From: Eledone cirrhosa
Lineage: Eukaryota
Assembly (NCBI GenBank): GCA_964016885.1
Contig: OZ024741.1
Coordinates: 73,036,001-73,100,000 of the forward strand
Direction of reading: 5' to 3'
DNA length: 64,000 bases
Made by a program: the position numbers and the translations under genes. How positions within the stretch are numbered: position 1 is the first letter of the stretch; the number at the start of each line of letters is the position of its first letter. Below are positions 56,672 through 64,000 of this stretch, in pieces. The notes below the pieces were generated by a model. That model ran no database searches and was not told the DNA's origin. It was given only the letters and a program-made list of their open reading frames with translations.

Positions 56672-56862
56672 ATAACGGAAGAAATGTGGTAAGGAACCAG
56701 GTGGACCATAACGCACCAAAGTACTCAATACTTAGGGTAGTAGAGTGGGTAATAGGAACGAGTAGGACCCCGACGGCTGAGCTCAAGCCGTTTCGACGGC
56801 AAATTCTGGACTGAATTAGCCGTCGAAACGGCTTGAACTCAGCCGTCGGGGTCCTACTCGTT

Positions 56863-56866
<4 letters not shown>
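56672..56866. mobile_element. Fold-back PLE-type 3'-end insertion in (TA)n containing the 3' half of a hammerhead
   Basis: Arms 56753-56800 and 56819-56866. GAAA-CGGC-ttgagctca-GCCG-TC is present; CUGANGA is lost at the inversion point. Confidence 0.75.
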
Positions 56867-56910
<44 letters not shown>

Positions 56911-57872
56911 TCGGCGTTCGATAGGGTCGACCATCGATACTTGGAAGCGGTTCTCAAGTTTTCGGATCCGTCTTCAGAGGCTTGTTCACAGCCATGCACA
57001 TCAACATCTGCTCGACAGTCAAGGTGAACGGCTACCTATCGGAGCCGTTCTCAATCACGCGTTCCATCCGACGAGGATGCACTCCTCCATTTTGTACGTA
57101 TTGACTCTAGAGCCACTACTGCGGAAGTTGGAGCTTTTGCAGGTCATCCCGTTGGAACCGGGACTGCGGAAAGCGGCGGCGACTTATGCCGACGTCGTGA
57201 GAGTAATGGTGTCGAAAACATTGGTAATCGGGGCGATCGGCAACTTACTGCAGGAATACGAAAGGCTCACAGGTGCAAAACTCAACCCGGACAAGTCATC
57301 TCACGGGCCGGTGAAATTGCTCGGGGTCTGGTACGGTCCGGACCTCCAGGTGGAGAAAAACTGGAACGAGGTCACGGCCAAGGTATTTGCGCTCACCCAG
57401 AAGTGGGCAGAGTGCAAACTATCCCTGAAAGGTCAAGCGGAGGTAGCGAACACTTTCATCGCGTCCGTCATATACTACCGCTTGACCGTCGTGACTTGTC
57501 CCCGTGAATACCTCACCAAGATGGAACCCATACTCTTCCAATTCCTTTGGAAGAAGCAGGCTCCACTGGTGAGGAGATCCGTCTGCTATCAGCACCCTTC
57601 CAACGGAGGGCTGGGAATACCGTGGATGATGATGCGCAAACACGCGCTGAGGCTACGGCATCTCCAGGTATTCCTCACCGACCAACCAGTGTGGGCCCTG
57701 TTTATAGGACAAGCCTTCCTGCAACTTGTCTCGCTGACGGAGCTGCAGTCCTGGATCAAGCGGAGACCGAAGAAAATGAGCACCTGGCACATTGAATGTG
57801 CTCAGCCACTCACAGTCCTCTGTCAAGCGGGCACTGCAAATAGTGGCGACTTCACTTCGACATTCTATAGAG

Positions 57873-60104
57873 CAGGGGTCACCAAACTTTTTTCACAGTG
57901 GGCCCGATAACTGAAAGAATGACAAGCGCGGACCGCATAATCATTCTGTTCAATACTTGCAAGCCAGAACGAAAGCTCTGGGAAAAAAGACGAAACACTA
58001 CGTTTAGCATTCCATGTTAATCATGGGTGAGTGGCGTGCAATGCACAAAAAACAAAGACAACCAACATATTTATTTACTAACAAGTTATCAAAGAAGGCG
58101 ACGTTAGGAAAAATATAGTTACATCAGACCTAGTGTGCACATATCCGAATCTTACAAACTAAGCAGCAAAAAAGGTTAGTGAGATTTGTGAAACTGACGT
58201 TTGGCTTTCAAGATATCATCAATGTTTGATTTGGAATTGCTGCATCCAATCAAGAGAATTGCTTTCAAATGTTCATCAGTCAATCTCGTTCGATGTGTTG
58301 ATTTCACATACTTCATTTTTGAAAACGTTTGCTTACAGACATAAGTTGTTCCAAACAATGATGCCATACCAGCGGCAAATTTCTTCAATTTCGGAAACTC
58401 AACATCAGGTAAGAAGCGGTAAAATTCAACAAGTTTTCCTTCTCTGTGCTTCTCTTTCAACAAGTCATTTGCTTGCAAATCAATGAGCTCCAACTGTAGT
58501 TCAACTGGCACATCATCAAGGTTACAATCAAACGGATTCTGGAAGAGAAGAATGTCACTCTCAATTCTGTCGAGATCTGAAAATCTCTCCAAAAAATGCT
58601 TCTTCAAGTCATGAATAATCTTTTTAGGAAAATCGTGGTTGACATCTTCAGCAATTGTAGCGCAAAACTGTTTGAAACAGTGAAAATGAGAGAAGTTTTC
58701 TCTTTCCAGTTGTGCTTCAAACAATGACAGCTTTCTCCGAAATCCTTTGATGATTCTGTAGAGATCACAGACGAGGTTATCCTTTCCCTGAAGTTTCAAG
58801 TTCAGTTCATTCATGTGGGATGCGATGTCGACCAAAAATGACAACTTTGACAGCCAGGTAGGATCTGACAGCTGTGGATCAGCTCTATCTTTTTCAGTGA
58901 GAAAAACATCTATTTCGTTTCGGAGCTTGTAAAAACGAAACAGGACTTTACCGCAGCTGAGCCACCTCACTGCTGTGTGATAAGGCAAGTCACAGAAATC
59001 AGAATCAATTTCTTCAAAGAAAAGCCTGGAACTGACGGTGATTGAGTGCATGTCCCCGAATGAAGTTCACAGCAGAAACGAGTGGTTTCAGTACACAAGA
59101 AATATCCAAGTCTTTCCCACAAAGTGCTTGCTGATGTATGATACAGTGTATGAACAGAGTGCCCGGAATTTGCAAATCTTCCAACTGATCCTGATCTGCC
59201 CGACCAGACCCTTCCTCACTCAAGCCATGTTTTTTCCTTCACCAACTGTAACACCTCGAAGCTGATTCCACTGAAAGTTTTCTGCACTTCCATGAAAATG
59301 TCTTTTCCAGTTGTTGTTCCATGCATGCAGCAAACGAATGCCAACTCTTCCGTTATCTGAAAGTCCAAATTGACACCACGAATGAACACGAGAAGTGGTG
59401 AGTACTCGAGAGATCAGTAGACTCATCCAGCGCCAGAGAATACCACAAGTTCCTAGCTTTTTCGCGTATCTAGCACTATTTTCTCTCCAAGTTCTTCTGT
59501 TCCCCGCACAACTGAACTTGCCGAAAGGCTGATACTTCCAAACAAATCGGTTTTCTCAGGACATAAGTCATTTGCTGCTTCCATCATACACTCTTTGATG
59601 AAGTTGCCATCAGTAAACGGTTTTCCTCGCTCTGCTAACTTATTTACTATTTTGTAACTTGTACGAGTGACAGCTTCATTTTCAGCAAACTTTCTCGTGA
59701 AGAGATTTCTCTGAGTTTCTAAACCACGTTTCATGGACTCATATTTCTCAGAGCGTAACTTTCCAGAAAACTTTGAATATGTTGATAAATGTTTTGTTTC
59801 ATAGTAACGCCGAAGATTGTACTCTTTCAAAACGGCAACACTTGCGCTGCATACCACGCAACTAGCTTTCTGGTCCTTTGTTTCCACAAAGAAGTACTTT
59901 ACTCCCCAGTCTTCATTGAAAACGCGACACTTGGCGTCCACTTTTCTTAGTAGCCATAATAAAGGGTGAAGAAAACGGGATCTGAAAATGAAAAAGACAT
60001 TGAATTAGAAACATCTCGTGTTCCATCCGTTTTATCAGGCAAATGCAAGTACCGTCGGCGGGCCTGATGAACTGACGTCGCGGGCCGTAGTTTGGTGACC
60101 CCTG
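57873..60104 (-). mobile_element. hAT DNA transposon (Charlie/Buster/SPIN-like), complete ends
   Basis: Perfect 16-bp TIRs CAGGGGTCACCAAACT. Perfect 8-bp TSD CTATAGAG (57865-57872, 60105-60112). Confidence 0.97.
58176..59941 (-). pseudogene. Frameshifted hAT transposase (GTF2IRD2/EPM2AIP1-like family)
   Basis: FNEDW..KYFF...CVVC...[42 protein letters not shown] and FGTTYVCKQTFSKMK...RTRLTDEHL lie in several frames. Confidence 0.92.
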
Positions 60105-61690
60105 CTATAGAGGGATAATACGTTACAAGTGCGACGACGTGCTCGGAGAATCTCTGGGCGTCGAAGACGACGAGCTCACCAGTCAGTTCGGTAGGACGTT
60201 CCACCCGCGACTTATCGACAACTTCCAAAGGTCACTGGCCTGGCAGTGCTACCGAGCAGCTCTACCAGTTCGAGACAAGATCTACAGGCACGGACGCCCC
60301 GGCAAGGATCCTTCCAAGAGGACGTGTCCAAGATGCGAACAGGACATTGAAACCGTCCTGCACGCAATTGTACACTGCCCGGGCGTAACCGACCTGTGGA
60401 ACTACGCAGAACAACTGCTGTCGGGTATTGGACAAATCCAGTTAACTGCCGAGTCCATAGTAATGATTAAACCGCCAACTTCTTTAAAAAACGAAAGAGA
60501 GGCGATTTTCGTCTGTATGGTGACTATGGTGAAAGATGTTATATGGTGGACGAGATTGAGAGGACTGAGGACAGATGCCTTTCTCTCCGGACAACAACTC
60601 ATTCCCTTCTTTAGGTACCACTTAAGACGGAGAATCAGAGTGGAGAGAGAGGCAGTGCATCCCAGTAAATTTACTGAAAAGTGGGTGATTGTGGCAAAAA
60701 TGGCCCGAGTGATTGGGCCTTCTCTGTATATAAACCTGTAGGTTGAAGAGAACAAAAGGAAGAAAGGAGTACTAACACAACATGCTCCTGAAGTTGAGGG
60801 TTGTTCTATCGACGGGGTATTAAACAACCTATTTGTGGTGCCTCCCCACTATTGGGGATTTCGATTGTTATATTTGCTTGTTTCATATTTTTACATGATT
60901 GTATGTAAAATCCCCGGCATGTCTTTGTTTTGTCCCCTTTTCTTGTGCGCCCTTGTGGCTAATAAAGAAATATATCTATTTATCTCTACGTACATATAGA
61001 TATAACCTACCCACCCTCCTAACTATCAGATCTCTATCTCCCTCCTCTATCAACCTACCTCTCTATCCACCTCACTCATACCTACCCCTACTTCTCTAGC
61101 TATCTACCTACCCAATACCTACCTACACACATATTACCTACCTACCTCACTTCCTCACCATCAACCTACCTGTCTGCGATCCTACCCACACATCTACTCA
61201 CATACCTGTCCATCCATCTACCTGTCTATGTATCTAATCTAACAACCAGGAAATCCGAAGGGAATAAAATCAATAAGAGAGAAATTAAAATAAAACAGAA
61301 AGAAAAAAAAAGGGCCTCAGCGAGTGAAACCTGCCAGGATTTGAAATTAAACAGAAATAGCCCAATGTGGATGGGGGGGTAGGGAGGCGTTGTAGATGAT
61401 GATGGTAGGGAGTGGGAGTGGGGGTGACGGTAATGGGGTGAGTGGTGGCGGTGAAGGGGTGGGGGGAGTGGTGGTCGTGACGGTGAGGGGGTGGTGGTGG
61501 CGGTGGTGATGGTGATGGCGACGGTAGTAATGATGATGGTGAAGGTGGAGGTGATGATGATGGTGATGATTATGACGCAGGTAGGGAGGGTTTCACGTTC
61601 AAATGTTTTGGTGTGAATCTATGCATGTGTGTGTATGTATGTATATATGTATGTACGCATGTATGTATGTATGTCTTCATGTATTTACGC

Positions 61691-61723
<33 letters not shown>

Positions 61724-61922
61724 TGTATGTATGTATGTATGTATGTATGTGTGTATGTATTCATGTATGTATATATTCATGTATGTATGTATGCACATAT
61801 GTATGTATATATGTATGTATGTCTGTCAGCATGTACATGTGAATATGTTTACACACACACACACACATATATATATGTGTGTGTATATCTATGTAATTAT
61901 GTGTAAATATATATATATATAT

Positions 61923-61968
<46 letters not shown>

Positions 61969-62026
61969 GCGAGCGTGTATATCTATGTAATTATGTATAA
62001 ATATATATATATACACACACAAACAA

Positions 62027-62134
<108 letters not shown>

Positions 62135-62615
62135 GATGCGAAATTTTAAAGGTTCCGGAAGGTGACGGCTTAGACATACTGCAGGGAGTTGAGTCGTTGT
62201 GGGTATGTATGTGTTGGTGTGGTATAGTGTGTGTGTTAGTGTAGTATAGGAGCTCTGTGTAGGTTATGTGTTGGGGAAAGGCGCATGGGAGGGGGTGTGA
62301 TGAGAAAACTCGAACGATGGACAGGAGATATTGGGAAGAACATAATTTAACACTACAAAAACCCATTAACTTTCATGTGCGTGCGTGTGTACGTGTGTGT
62401 GTGTGTGTGTGCATCTGTCTGTGAGCGTGTGTGTCTGCTCTGTGAGTGTATATATATATATACATATACATATATACATATACATATATACAATCACACA
62501 GACACATACGCTCACACACCTATATATATATATATCTATATACACATTAGTGTGTATCTGTGTGATATATATATATATATATATACATATATACAATCAC
62601 ACAGACACACAGGCT

Positions 62616-62660
<45 letters not shown>

Positions 62661-62824
62661 ACATATACATATATAGTTCTACTCCTGCAGAGTATCAAAG
62701 TGAAGAGGTGAGTTTGAAACTGTTATCAGGTGTCAGAATATTTGAAGTTCTGGAGAGAATATTTCATCACCCTAAACACACTCACTCACGCACAAGCTCG
62801 CATACACATACACACACTCTTTTG

Positions 62825-62856
<32 letters not shown>

Positions 62857-62869
62857 TATATATATACAT

Positions 62870-62913
<44 letters not shown>

Positions 62914-63001
62914 GGTCGACTGTACAAAAGGGTTTATTTACAATTGTTTCGTTAATCAGGTGAGCCTAAAACCCGCTGATTGTTAGAAGATACCTTGTTA
63001 T

Positions 63002-63120
<119 letters not shown>

Positions 63121-63543
63121 ATACATACATTTATCCATATAAACATATACATACACACACATACATGTGTGAATTCTATGTGCATGTATGTGTACTGTGG
63201 TGACATCAGCTTGTCTGATGGCAAGTGGGCCCCGCGATGGCTATGGTAGTACTTTAGGGGCCAATGCAAAATATTTGATTTTAAAGAAAATATCAGAAGT
63301 CCTAGAGAAAGAATAAAAAAGTTAAGAAAATAGAACAAAGAAAACAATTAAGCATACTAGGGTCGACTTTTACATGAGATCGAGTATAAATAAATAAATA
63401 AATATATATATATATATACCGATTGTGTTGTTATTTCTGTTTACCCTTTTTCATACATATATATATATATATTATATAGGGCGGGTAAAATCCCAAGATC
63501 CATGGACGAGTTCTCACCACCCGTCTCTGTCCCTCATCATCGC

Positions 63544-63604
<61 letters not shown>

Positions 63605-63616
63605 AACAATGTACAA

Positions 63617-63800
63617 AGCCGAATTTTCAGCTTTTTATATATAAGTATAAAGAAAGCGCTTAAGCGCAGGGAGGCTATAAAGATATATTTCTTTATTAGC
63701 CACAAGGGCGCACAAGAAAAGGGGACAATATATCTTTATAGCCTCTCTGCGCTTAAGCGCTTTCTTTATACTTATATATAAAAAGCTGAAAATTCGGCTG
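63617..63800. repeat. ~70-bp-arm palindrome with a 3'-terminal Tx1 fragment inserted at its centre
   Basis: Arms 63617-63687 and 63729-63799. The insert 63685-63728 is the reverse complement of 60929-60972. Confidence 0.85.
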
Positions 63801-64000
63801 AGAGTCTATAAAGATAGCTTATAGAATAGGGTAAAAACCGTTAAAAAACGGAAAAAGAATTTGCCAACGAGCGCTTTTAGGAATTGAAGCCCATATTTTC
63901 TAGATATCGGCTAGAAAATATCTGGAAGGATATTATGTAGATATGTGGTAGAGATACGTATATATTTTGATTGCCTTCTAGTTATTAAAAGTGATAGTGT

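Larger units (their letters stand above)
56907..60972 (+). mobile_element. 5'-truncated Tx1/L1-clade LINE inserted in (TA)n, split by a hAT transposon
   Basis: RT motifs AFDRVDHRYL, VKVNG, LYVLTLEPLL, KLLGVW and LSLKG; zf-RVT-type CPRC..ETVLHAIVHCP (60139-60741); AATAAA at the 3' end. Confidence 0.9.

Noticed and set aside
60064-60070. CTGATGA in the hAT subterminal region
   Set aside because: No downstream GAAA or stems; a chance match.
62140-62370. Possible Neptune PLE linker fragment on the minus strand (VFSSHPL..AF...PSGTFK)
   Set aside because: Resemblance is suggestive but too weak without a profile search.

Overview
Repeat-saturated, AT-rich eukaryotic DNA, most likely an octopod cephalopod (inferred from the SINE families and very dense (TA)n/(CA)n tracts). 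I found no host protein-coding gene; most ORFs in the track are microsatellite artefacts. The dominant theme is Penelope-like retroelements (PLEs) sitting in (TA)n tracts. There are two near-complete RT+GIY-YIG copies of Hydra-clade type (7.3-10.2 kb, 28.6-34.4 kb), GIY-YIG remnants of Hydra/Neptune/Nematis type, and many short fold-back 3'-end insertions. Most carry a type I hammerhead ribozyme (HHR) motif just upstream of a poly(A) signal. Many of these motifs are unusual: U4C/U4A/A6U cores, a mismatched first pair of stem II, 60-95 nt insertions in stem II, and a palindromic stem III. The most striking element is a non-coding 996-bp x ~4.6 tandem array (238-4876) with one such HHR per unit. 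It is a candidate large retrozyme/circular-RNA element that may depend on the local PLEs. Also present: a Tx1/L1 LINE interrupted by a complete hAT transposon with perfect TIRs and 8-bp TSD, a non-autonomous Helitron, RTE remnants and RTE-derived short elements, a Tc1/mariner fragment, MITEs and many tRNA-derived SINEs. All RNA structures were paired by eye; none was computed or tested.
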